From Vicugna vicugna (taxonomy: Eukaryota), in the NCBI GenBank assembly GCA_013265495.1, contig MU063351.1, forward strand, positions 1,467,845 to 1,531,844: a stretch of 64,000 nt of DNA. Direction: 5' to 3'. Below are positions 12,439-23,339 of this stretch, piece by piece. Under the pieces are notes generated by a model, which was not told where the DNA came from, did not search any database, and worked only from the letters and a program-made list of their open reading frames with translations. The first letter of the stretch is position 1. Each line of letters opens with the position of its first letter. The position numbers and the translations under genes were made by a program.

Positions 12439-13200
12439 CAGAGGTTCTCCAACTTGGTTTAACCCTGGAGAAGGCTTTAAAATACAGATACCCTTAATTC
12501 AGTGGATAGTTATTTTCCATTTTCTAGAAGTAGGATATGGAACTGATAATAGAAAAAATAATCCCCATTTCATTCTCAATAATTTGCATTGTATTGGGGC
12601 TCTTTTTAAAAAATTTTCAAATCATATCCTCATTATAATATTGTATGGAGGGTGATATTAAGATCAGATTACATTCCTTATTTGCATTTCATCATGTTAA
12701 GAGACAGGCAAAGAAAGCTAAAAGCCTGGAAACACCTTTTTTTTACATTTAAATATTTGATATTCATAGTTGAAAGGCAACATAGCATAGTTATTAAAAA
12801 TAGGGATTTTGAAGCTAAACAGCTTGGCTCCAAATCCTGGCTCTTTTACTTAGTGGCTATGTAAGCTATGGAGATTACTTAACTTGTCCATGTAACAGTT
12901 TCCTTTTTGTACATTGAGGATAGTAATAAAACCTGTATCACAAGACGGTTACAAGGATTAAAGAAATTAATATATGTATAATCCTTAAAATAGGATCTGT
13001 CACATATTAAGTGTGTAAAGGATATGTCAATAATCAAGTATAATATACATAATAAAAAAAGTTTAACTAGTGCTTTTTTGGGGGAAAGCATAAGTGGTAT
13101 GTTTTTAAAATCCGAATTAAAAAAAAATTAAATAAGTAAAATAAAATAAAATACAGAAACCTGAGGTTCACTCACAGAGATTCTGATTTGACTGGTCTGC
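12439..13200. mobile_element. MER5-family (hAT-Charlie) sequence in two pieces (12439-12492 and 13148-13200)
   Basis: cagaggttctccaac...ggctttaaaatacagatacc and aaaatacagaaacc...cagagattctgatttgactggtctg match consecutive parts of the recalled MER5A/MER5A1 consensus. Confidence 0.5.
12775..13025 (+). mobile_element. MIR SINE, near full length
   Basis: aggcaacatagcatagttattaaaaatagggattttgaagctaaacagcttggctccaaatcctggctc...agtttcctttttgtacattgaggatagtaataaaacct. Confidence 0.75.
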
Positions 13201-13222
13201 AAAACAGCCTGTGCATTTAAGG

Positions 13223-13673
13223 TTTTTTTTTTAATGTGGTAAAATACACTTAATATAAAATTTACCATCTTAACTATTTTTAAGCATATGGTCCAGGAGT
13301 GTTAATTATAATTAGATTGTGTGCAACCAATCTCTAGAATTCCTTTCATCTTGCAAAACTGAAATTCTCCACCTACAAAACAATAACTCTTCATTCTCCC
13401 CTCCACCAGCCCCCAGCAACCAACATTCTACTTTCTGTCTTTATAATTTTGACTATGCTATGTACCTCACGTAAGAGGAGTCATAAGGTGTTCGTCTTTT
13501 TGTGACGAGCTTATTTTCATTCAATATAATGTCCCTGAGGTTCATCAATGTTACAGGCTGAATAATATTCCATGATATGTATATACCACATTTTAATTAT
13601 CCATTCACCCCTCGATGGACACTAGGATTGTTTCCACCTCCTGGCTATGGTGAATAATGCCGCTATGAACATG
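13223..13673 (-). mobile_element. L1M (L1MB-like) 3' end
   Basis: T-run then aatgtggtaaaatacacttaatataaaatttaccatcttaactatttttaag...gatggacactaggattgtttccacc...gctatgaacatg. Confidence 0.85.
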
Positions 13674-13849
13674 TCTGCAAATCTGTCACCAGCAAGGCCT
13701 GGTAATAATTCCTGGGAAGTAAAACTAGAATCTCCGTAATTTAATAAGTCTAACCTTTTTTCCTTTGTGCTTAGTCTGGTTTCACTTGCCCACAGGGTGC
13801 TGCGTGCAGTAGCTTTGTAACTTGCACCTCACACCAGAGTTCCTGGTGC

Positions 13850-14080
13850 CAAACTGCTGTGCTGACACCTCAGCGCGCCCGGCTATAAGCAGAAACACTC
13901 AAGATCGCGGCGGCGGCGGCGGCGGCGGCGGCGGCAGGTGGTGCGCAGACAGTGAGCCCGACAGCGCTGTCCCAGCGGGGAGCAGACGCCTGCGCACTCG
14001 CTGTGAGGACCCCGCCCCTCCCTCCACTGATGGGAGCCCTATAAACAGCCCTGCCCACAGCCTGGCGGGGAGAGCTGATC
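13850..14080. promoter_or_regulatory. Small CpG island / putative promoter
   Basis: About 22 CpGs counted in ~220 bp; GC box ccccgcccctccc (~14010-14023); NRF1-like gcctgcgcac; TATA-like ctataag (~13883) and cctataaa (~14038); orientation unresolved. Confidence 0.65.
13909..13935. repeat. (GGC)9 / (CCG)9 trinucleotide repeat
   Basis: Nine uninterrupted GGC units counted. Confidence 0.95.
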
Positions 14081-14734
14081 TGCAGTGAGCTTGCACCTCT
14101 CCACTCTTTGGTCAAAGAATAGAGTTTCCCTTTGCTTCTGAACCAAACTCAGTCTTGTTCTATTGGCTAGAACAACACCGGGCAGGAGGACCCTTGTTGG
14201 GGACCGACTTGGGAGGTCGGTAACAAATCTCTGTTTGAAACGCTGCTTTCAATTCTTTGAAAGGGTACATACCCAGAAATGGGTTTTCTGCCTTTGGCCT
14301 TTTAAATGCCCATAAAAGATGGTGATAATTGACTCTGCTGTCAACAAACAACAAACCGGGTAAGACTTGAGGCACTCCACCCCAACAGAGCAGCATTCCC
14401 TTCCCAAGTCTGGCAGCATCCTGTCTTGAATGCAGAAAGTACAAAGAGCCTCCCTTGGCCTGGATACGGGGCTTGAGCTGAGTCATTTATGTGTCTCCAC
14501 TAACATGGAAAACAGAAGGTGGGAGCAAACCAGAAGGGGTAGCAGGCACGACTCTGGCACTCTGGGCTAGAGGGTCAGTTCCCACATCAACAATTTAAGA
14601 GCTTCAGAGGCTTTGAGCACTGAAGGGATTATTATTACACTCCTCAACTGTAATGAAAATTGCAATTTTAGGGTTTAGATCCTAAAATGAGTATAATGAA
14701 ATTCCACTATGTTTTGGTGTTTCCTATCATATAT

Positions 14735-14925
14735 ATCAACCTCAATATCCGAGGGTTTCTCATCCGTATTAGGTAGTATAAGTAATCTAGAGAGGATTTC
14801 AAGTACATGGGGGTGTTCATAGGTTATGTGCAAATACCATTTTATATAAGGGACTTGAGCATCTAAGGATTTTAGTACCCATAGAGGTCCTGGACCAATT
14901 CCCTGTAGATACCAGGCGGTGACGA
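14735..14925 (+). mobile_element. MER2 (Tigger-family) partial element
   Basis: ttaggtagtataagtaatctagagaggatttcaagtacatggg...cattttatataagggacttgagcatc...ggtcctggaccaattccctgtagatacc matches the recalled MER2 right half. Confidence 0.75.
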
Positions 14926-14926
14926 T

Positions 14927-14954
14927 ACACACACACACACACAAACACACACAC
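14927..14954. repeat. (AC)n microsatellite
   Basis: Seen directly, immediately after the MER2 end. Confidence 0.95.
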
Positions 14955-17855
14955 GCATACGTGTGTGCAAATCAACTATTACACATATATCGAAGTCTAA
15001 AACTTTTTCAAGACATTGTTTTCTTATTTGAGGGGCTTCCTTCTTGCCAGTGCCCACAGCCAACTTGCCTGTGTTATATCTGGGTCACCCAGCACTGTCC
15101 ATCCCTCTGGCAAGGACTAGGTTGGGTGCAGACCCAACTCAAAAAAGCCTGCGTGACACTTCCTGGTCTTCCACATACTTAGCAGGGTCTTAGCGCAGGA
15201 GGTTATGACCCAGTCCTAACACTTTACATTGCTGAGGGCACCCCTCACATCACTAGATCCCAAAGGGAGGAGGCGCTGTGCTTACAGACATTTACAGACA
15301 AGGAAGCTGAAACCCAGTCTAAAGTCATACAGCAAATCAGTGTCTCAGCCTGCTGTCCTGCCTCAGACGACTGCTCTTATTCACTGCACTCCTGGCACGG
15401 GTCCTCCGACTTCTGCTCTCCTGCCTTGCCTTTGAAGTAGCGGGATCCAGTCTGCCTAGCCATTAGCCACTGCTCTCATGGTAATCTAAACCCTAAAGGA
15501 AATGGGAGCCCCAAACCCTCTTCTCAGAACACTTGTAATCCAGAGGAGAAGAAAGGATGCACATAACGAAAACAGACAGGAACACAAATTGTTTTAAATA
15601 CATAACCATATACAAAACCAGTTGCAGCTGGTACACAAGGGCTGTGGGCGGCTGATGGAGGAAGGGGTGGAGCTGATCAGGAAAAGGTGGGCTCTGAGCA
15701 GAAGGGAGTGAAGGAGCATGGCTCAGAGATAGGGATGGTGCAAGAGAAAAATGGCTGTCAGGTAGAAAGTTGCAAAGTTTGAGAAATGAAACAGGATACA
15801 TGATAGCAGCCCAGGCAAATGCAGGCAATTGGCAAATGTCACAAGCCTATGAGTGAAGTTGAACATTTTTTTCTAGAGGCAACCAGAAGCCATGGAGACA
15901 GGAGCTTCCCTCAGGGGTGTCCTTGGCCTCAGCTCCCCTATGAGCCCTGCAAAACAGCCCACCCCAACCTCAGTTTCTCTTAGGGTGGCCTGGGGTGAGG
16001 CCATAATTTGAACAGATGCTTCAGTGTAGTAAATAATGGGTAATGATAGAAAGGGTCTGAAAGTTGCCAGAACAACCTTACACGAAAGAGATTTTTTTTT
16101 TAAATTGATCCAAATATATAATTAGGGTAAGAAAGCAGATCACCTCAAAGGTATCTTTCCCTGTTTTTTAACTCTCCACTGACATTCTGAGAGACCACCT
16201 TCTCTTCAAAAAAGTCCTCCCATCTGTGGCTGTTGGTTCTCTTATTACCAGACAGTACATTCTTCCAGAGCAAGAACCACATTTGTGTTCTTCTCAGTCA
16301 AATCCCCCACACATTCCACAGACCTGGTCCATTGGAAGTGCTCCACAAATATTTGTTAATTGTTTTCCTGACAAACTGTGGAAATTTGAGTAAGTTACAC
16401 CCCATCTTTGAGCCTCAGTTTCTTCGTTTATCAACTCACAGGTTTAAACTAGCTCAATAGTCAAAAAAAAAAAAAAAAACTAACCATGTTTGTGGCTGGT
16501 ATTTCCCAAAAGGAAATAGGCTGTGATGAGACACACCCAACACGGGGCAGAGCTAGAGGCCCTACCCCAACCTCCACTGTGCACCTGGTCCCCAACACCA
16601 ATCTCAAGGGGAAACATGAAGTGTGAGCTGGAAGACAAGCAGAGGATGCAGGAGAGGGCAAGGCCCAATGGGAAGAGACCCGACTGGAGTTTAGGAGATC
16701 TGGCTCTACTTCTGGTTCTGCTGGTTCCATCTGTGACCCAGAGAAAGTCACTGTGGATCTCACATTTCCTAATCCATAGAATGACTGGGTGAGCACCAAA
16801 GAAAGTTCCCTCCAGATCTATGATCTCTCTCTCTCTTTTTTTTTCCTTCTATTCAGAGACAAAGCTTGCTCCGTCAGAGCTGGGCTGGCCATAAAAGAGA
16901 CACAAGCCCATCTTTATTGCTAATATTCCCCTGGTCTCCTGCACTCCAGATCTGCACATTTTCCTTGGGGTGTGGGTGGGAGATTGAAACAACAAAAAGG
17001 AAAGAGACTCAGTTTTCTCTAATCTAAGCCATATTAGGCTACCAGGAAAAAAATATATAAGGGCTATCAGTAGAGAAAATTTGGAGCATCAGTATAATCC
17101 CTCCCCAAGCTGGAATAACTACATTTTTCAGTTTTTGCATCTGTGTTGTCACTGGGGAGTTATCTGGCTGTGTCTGCGTTTTAACATCTGTCAGCTAAAT
17201 CAGAGACTTAACTGCAAAAATTGTAGGGCTCAGAAGCACCATGTGGTTTTTGACACTCCCTAGATGACACAGGGTCAAGAAAGCAATAAATGAATTGCCA
17301 TGAGACCCAATATAACATTTTCATCAGTATTACAGCCCTTGTTGCAAAAAGTCTTTGCTCCAAAAAGAAAGAACTTGTACCTATTTTCCCCAGGACCATA
17401 TTTGGAAATTTCAAAGGAGCAGACCATAACAAACTAGAGGCATCTGGGATGAACAACTGGCTTTCTATTTAAAGAATGTCATGTCTCTAAACATAACAGA
17501 ACCAACATTGCCGGTCAGAATCTATTCCAGGTATGAGTAAGTATTGCCTTGAAGCAAAATACATGTGCTTTGCCACCTGCTACACAATATCACAGGTATC
17601 CTCGCCATGGGGGCATATATTCACATAGAACTGATTCCTGAGGTCCTAATGCTTTAACCAAAGGTTCTCTTTCAATTTCCTTTGTTTTGCAGATAAAGAT
17701 ATTGAGCTAGGAGGTAGTGGAGTGACAAGTGAGCTCAAACAGCCTGATTTATGTTAACAGCAGGATTCAAAATCACTGAATTCTCAAGATTTCATGTAAA
17801 AATTTAGTTACCAAATCTTTCTCCCCCATGCAAAGTAGTGTTCAGTGTTTCAGAA

Positions 17856-17866
17856 CACCAGGTGGC
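17856..17866 (+). promoter_or_regulatory. Candidate CTCF motif core
   Basis: caccaggtggc matches the CTCF core CACCAG(G/A)(G/T)GGC; motif only. Confidence 0.3.
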
Positions 17867-18309
17867 CCATCAGCGAATCCACATAACAAGTCTTCCATTG
17901 GGACTGGGGAGCCTTTCTTTCCTAAAAGGGCCCAAATTTTTAATATTACCTACTAATTCCAAGCAAGATCTCGACTATAAATGTGACAGCTGAAGCCCTG
18001 TGGAAAGACTAGTCAATCAATTGTCTGTACTACATTTCCGTTTAGATTTCTTTTTCAAAGGCTAATGTTTGCTGAAGCTGTTTCAAAGGCTAATGTCTGA
18101 GTCCCTTTGCTTTTCACAAGTTTTGAACTCCACACCCAAAAGCCACATTCAGCAGAGGCCTCATTTAAACACTTGCTCTGTACTAACAAATGCATGAATG
18201 TTTTTCTGCTCTTCCCTGTCCTTGGACAGCAGCTGAAGTATATTTGATGTGTAATTGTTAACCTATAGTCCTTACTACGAGGCATCCATTCTTGTAAACC
18301 TCTTACACG

Positions 18310-19060
18310 TATTACATCATTTAATCCTCAAAACAACTTTATGAGGTAAATACAGTTTTGTCATTCCATTTTTTCTAACATTTTTTATTGATTTATAATC
18401 ATTTTACAATGTTGTGTCAAATTCCAGTGTAGAGCACAATTTTTCAGTTATACATGAGCATATGTATATTCATTGTCACATTTTTTTCTCTGTGAGCTAC
18501 CATAAGATCTTGTGTATATTTCCCTGTGCTATACAGTATAATCTTGTTTATCTATTCTACAATTTTGAAATCCCAGTCTATCCCTTCCCATCCTCCACCT
18601 CCTTGGCAACCACAAGTTTGTATTCTACGTCTATGAGTCTATTTCTGTTTTGTATTTATGCTTTGTTTGTTTGTTTGTTTAGATTCCACACATGAGTGAT
18701 CCCATATGGTATTTTTCTTTCTCTTTCTGGCTTACTTCACTTAGAATGACATTCTCCAGGAGCATCCATGTTGCTGCAAATGGCATTATATTGTTGGTTT
18801 TTATGGCTGAGTAGTATTTCATTGTATAAATATACCATATCTTCTTTATCCAGCCATCCGTTGATGGACATTTAGGCTGTCTCCATGTCTTGGCTATTGT
18901 AAATAGTGCTGCTATGAACATCGGGGTGCAGGTGTCATCCTGAAGTAGGGTCATCCCATTTTACAGATACGGAAACCAGAGGCACAGAGATGTTAACTTA
19001 ATCAAGGCTAAGTAACCCAACAAGCTAATCACTGACAGAGTCAGGATTTGTACTCAGGCT
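18310..19060 (-). mobile_element. MIR SINE split by a younger L1 (pieces 18310-18371 and 18950-19060)
   Basis: catcatttaatcctcaaaacaactttatgaggtaaatacagttttgtcattccattt ... tcatcccattttacagatacggaaaccagaggcacagagatgttaac join into one MIR. Confidence 0.8.
18372..18949 (-). mobile_element. Young camelid-type L1, 5'-truncated, with TSD
   Basis: Open ORF2 C-terminus (DTCTPMFIAALFTIAKTWRQPKCPSTDGWIKKIWYIYTMKYYSAIK...; ORF 18679-18954), 3'UTR and tail; 13-bp TSD gtcat(t/c)ccatttt starting at 18360 and 18950. Confidence 0.92.
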
Positions 19061-19697
19061 TTTTCTGCACTGATAAGGAAGCTCCATCAGAACAGAGGCT
19101 TTGTTTTATTCACTGCTTTATTCTCAGCCATCTGCATGGTGCTCGGGTACAATTTATTTATTGAATGAATATACTGTACATCCTCCACAAACCGAGAATG
19201 AGCCAGCATCACAAGCATCAACTTTAACCAAAAGTAAGTTGCTTAGAGGAGCATTTTGGACAAGAATTCTTCACGCAACCCCTGGGCTTTGCTTAAAGAA
19301 TGCAAACCCCATTGTGTCTGCCTGAGAAGAACTGGGAGAAATCCTTCTGACCTATTTCTTCCAAGTTGCTCCCTGAGCCCCCCTTCTCACAGGCCACCCT
19401 GATTAGGTCACTGCTGAAACTGGGTCAGTGTTTAAACATCACAGCCCGCTTATAATGCTTTAATCATTAAGGTTGATTCTATCATCTGCATGTTAAGAAA
19501 GAAACTACTACTCCAAGACACAACACCCAGAGTCTCCTTTAGATCTGGCTACAGCATCATGTTAAGGCACAGACTTAGACTTTGTCTTTAGTTTATCACA
19601 AAATAACTCTTCTAGAAAATGGACGGAAGCATATGAGGCCTCACTCTACTCCCCACCCCTCATCGGAGGGCCACCTAGCTCCTGTCCTCTGCTATTC

Positions 19698-20094
19698 NNN
19701 NNNNNNNNNNNNNNNNNNNNNNNNNNNNNNNNNNNNNNNNNNNNNNNNNNNNNNNNNNNNNNNNNNNNNNNNNNNNNNNNNNNNNNNNNNNNNNNNNNNN
19801 NNNNNNNNNNNNNNNNNNNNNNNNNNNNNNNNNNNNNNNNNNNNNNNNNNNNNNNNNNNNNNNNNNNNNNNNNNNNNNNNNNNNNNNNNNNNNNNNNNNN
19901 NNNNNNNNNNNNNNNNNNNNNNNNNNNNNNNNNNNNNNNNNNNNNNNNNNNNNNNNNNNNNNNNNNNNNNNNNNNNNNNNNNNNNNNNNNNNNNNNNNNN
20001 NNNNNNNNNNNNNNNNNNNNNNNNNNNNNNNNNNNNNNNNNNNNNNNNNNNNNNNNNNNNNNNNNNNNNNNNNNNNNNNNNNNNNNNNNNNNNN
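19698..20094. other. N-run (397 nt), flanks not recognised as a repeat
   Basis: Ns seen directly. Confidence 0.95.
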
Positions 20095-20549
20095 GCCACG
20101 GCCCTGACAGGGTTTCACAACCTCCCCCTTTGTTTCAATCCAACCTCAGAGGACACAGGTAGGTTTTGTGTAGTTGCTGTTTTGTGAAAGCCAAAGAGCA
20201 AGCCATAATGGTCACAGAATTTTCTTCTAAGGAAACCACCAGACGTGAGATAAAACTTATATATAGGCAAGTATGCCTTGGATAATTGGAAATACTGATG
20301 ATTGCCTCTAAAACAGCCTGGATTGAACAAGGAAGTTACAATCTTTAAAATATTCTGTGATTTATAAGCAAATTTCATAGTTAAATTTGATTCCCAGTGG
20401 TATTTGTCTTTCCTGCTGCTAATTTTAACTGTTCGCCAACCATACAGGCAGATGTCATTGGTAAGAATAATTTCTCTTTTACCATAAAAATTGAACTTCA
20501 TTCAAATTACCTCAAGTTAAAATTGGATTTATTTTCAAGGTAAGTGGTC

Positions 20550-20680
20550 GGGGAGGGTATAGCTTAAGTGGTAGAGCACATGCTTAGCATGCACGCAGTC
20601 CTGGGTTCAATCCCCAGTACTTCCATCAAATAAACAAACAAACAAACAAACCTAATTACCTCCCCCCTGAAAAAAAAAAA
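20550..20680 (+). mobile_element. tRNA-derived SINE, camelid Vic-1-like, full length
   Basis: ggggagggtatagcttaagtggtagag (A box) ... gggttcaatcccc (B box) ... (aaac)n cctaattacctcccccc + A tail; TSD aaggtaagtgg (20537-20547) / aaggtaaatgg (20680-20690). Confidence 0.88.
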
Positions 20681-21064
20681 AGGTAAATGGGCTAGATCTG
20701 GCTCAGAAAATATCAGGATCATAGGAAGGATCACTCTTCCTTCTCTCTTTAACCACATCTCTCCCTCTCCACATGTTAGTTTCATTCTTTTCCCTTTACC
20801 AACCAGATTCCTATTGACTTCAGCTTGCATCTGACCAAAATAGCTTCCTTGGAGCTAAATCTAAGTGATCTTTTTAGTGAGCTGGCCAAGGCTTCTGTTT
20901 CCCATCTTCTGATTCTGAAGGGCGTATATTATCTTTGTAGGCCAGTGTATGTAGGTCCTGGTAACTGGTCAGTCTAGGCAAGAGATATCCCTGAATGTGA
21001 AGTCAAGAGCCCACCAAGGTCTAGAAAGACACGGTGAAATTGGGTACTATAAAAGATAATTATT

Positions 21065-21772
21065 GTGTAGCCATTATGGAAAACAGTATAAGGATTCCTC
21101 AAAAAACTAAAAATAGACTTACCATATGATCCAGCAATCCCACTCCTGGACACACAGCTATCAGAGACTATTAATTCAAAANNNNNNNNNNNNNNNNNNN
21201 NNNNNNNNNNNNNNNNNNNNNNNNNNNNNNNNNNNNNNNNNNNNNNNNNNNNNNNNNNNNNNNNNNNNNNNNNNNNNNNNNNNNNNNNNNNNNNNNNNNN
21301 NNNNNNNNNNNNNNNNNNNNNNNNNNNNNNNNNNNNNNNNNNNNNNNNNNNNNNNNNNNNNNNNNNNNNNNNNNNNNGTAAAGTAAGCCAGAAAGAGAAA
21401 GAAAAATACCATATGATATCACTCAAATGTGGAATCTTAAAAAAAAAAAAAAAAGACACAAATGAACTTATTTACAAAATACAAGCAGACTCACAGACAT
21501 AGAAAACAAACTTATGGTTACCAGGGAGAGAAATAGGTGGGAAGGGATAAATTGGGAGTTTGAGATTTGCAGATACTAGGTAATACATATAAAATAGATA
21601 AACAACAAGTTTATTCTATATAGCACAGAAAGCTATATTCAATATCTTGTAATAACCTATAATGAAAAAGAATATGAGAAGGAATATATGTATATAGATG
21701 TATGACTGAAACATTATGCTGTACACCAGAAATAGACACAACATTGTAAATTGACTATACTTCAGTTGAAAA
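21065..21772 (+). mobile_element. L1 3' end (older camelid/artiodactyl subfamily) with TSD; contains N-run 21182-21377
   Basis: ORF2 end and 3'UTR to cattgtaaattgactatacttcagttgaaaaaaaa; 14-bp TSD aaaaga(t/c)aattatt at 21051-21064 and 21773-21786. Confidence 0.9.
21182..21377. other. N-run (196 nt) inside L1
   Basis: Ns seen directly. Confidence 0.95.
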
Positions 21773-22513
21773 AAAAGACAATTATTAAGGGACTAGGGGT
21801 GGACAAGCAATGTCTGGCATCTCCAGTACAAATGTTTTTAAATTTTTGTTCTCATTGGGGGCAAACTTGCTAACAGCCACTATTAAAAGTTAAGGTTTCA
21901 TATATTTAATACTACTACGATTTTTAATCTTCATTCTTTTTTTTAAATTGAGATATAATTGACATATGATCCTCCCTCATTTTTAAAAGTCAAATTGGAC
22001 CAACTGAGGAACAAAAACTTTAAATGGTAAATGTGATTATAATTTGAAAAGCTCTGGGAGTCTTTGATCCATGTGGAATAATGTATGAACTCTTGACTCT
22101 TTCAAAAAACTATTTGTCAGTGAACATCATTTGTCCCCTCCAAATTATCCAAGCTTCACCAAGAATCTAAAAAATGTAGGATGCACACAATTCGAAGAAA
22201 AATCAATAAACATTGGTTAATGTCTCTCACTACCTCCGTTTTTCACAAGCTGCACTTACGTCCTGCTGCTCATGAATGCTCAGAAAATAGTAAGACGTGG
22301 GCGATTCTATCACAGTTTTTGCATGCTCATTCTTGACACTCCCCCCAATTTTCTTTCTGATATTAAGAATAATGTTTACAATGTGATAACAGCACAGTCC
22401 CAGTGTGAGTGTGGCCAACAGTCATAAAAGCAAACACCTAGGGCCATCTCTGTCAAACGTGCTTTACGGTACCGGTCCCCGTGGGATAAAGCAGCCCAGC
22501 CCTTGGGGAGGGA

Positions 22514-22669
22514 NNNNNNNNNNNNNNNNNNNNNNNNNNNNNNNNNNNNNNNNNNNNNNNNNNNNNNNNNNNNNNNNNNNNNNNNNNNNNNNNNNNNNNN
22601 NNNNNNNNNNNNNNNNNNNNNNNNNNNNNNNNNNNNNNNNNNNNNNNNNNNNNNNNNNNNNNNNNNNNN
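22514..22669. other. N-run (156 nt)
   Basis: Ns seen directly; left flank ggggaggga resembles the Vic-1 SINE head. Confidence 0.95.
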
Positions 22670-23339
22670 GAAAATGAACTTGTAAAACATAGTCTAAGGA
22701 TTGTGTGAAGGCCGTATTTCAGACAGCCAAAATGCTTCTGCCGAGACACCTTTGTAATGCAGCCAGGCGGCAGCTGTGTGTATTGTAGACGCTGTGGGTG
22801 TGAGTCTGTCTGCAGAGTCACAGCTGACCCTGCCCCTGGCCTGCCTTGTCACTGAACACCCTCCCTGGGACAGGGTCCTGAATCCATCTCACTGGGCACT
22901 GAGAACTGAGCCAGGCGCGCCTCAGAGAGTTCCTCTCAAATCAACACTCTCTCCAGTCTAACTGTAAGACACATCACTACTCTCCAAACCACTGGCAAAG
23001 TGGAAAACAGACACAAATCACATGTGACAAATTTATATAATTTGATAAAGAGTAAGCCAACTGTTTTGAAAAACACTGCAGTGGCTATTTTGAAAGAATA
23101 ATTGTGCTTTTTAAAATACCAGGCATTTCATTATTATATCTGGCCTTTTGGTTTCTCAGATCAAGCCCTTGGTTTTAATTTATCCTTGGATGTGTTTGTT
23201 AGTTGGGTGGTTGTTTTGTCTCTTGCTTTTTAACAAATACTTTGTGTTGGTATTTTTAAATAAAATGATCTGTATATCTATGTTATCTGTATGTATAAAT
23301 TATGCTATTTATCACTCCATAAACTTTTTTGTTGTTTCA

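Noticed and set aside
13955-13990. REST/NRSF RE1 site (ggacagcgc half-site on the minus strand)
   Set aside because: The left half is poorly matched and the spacer is 6 nt rather than the canonical 2.
13822-14115. Poly-Gly, poly-Ala and poly-Pro ORFs across the GGC tract
   Set aside because: They are automatic products of a trinucleotide repeat in GC-rich DNA, with no homology or codon evidence.
20550-20625. Functional tRNA gene
   Set aside because: It is followed by a SINE body, an A tail and a TSD, and lacks a convincing cloverleaf; this is a tRNA-derived SINE.
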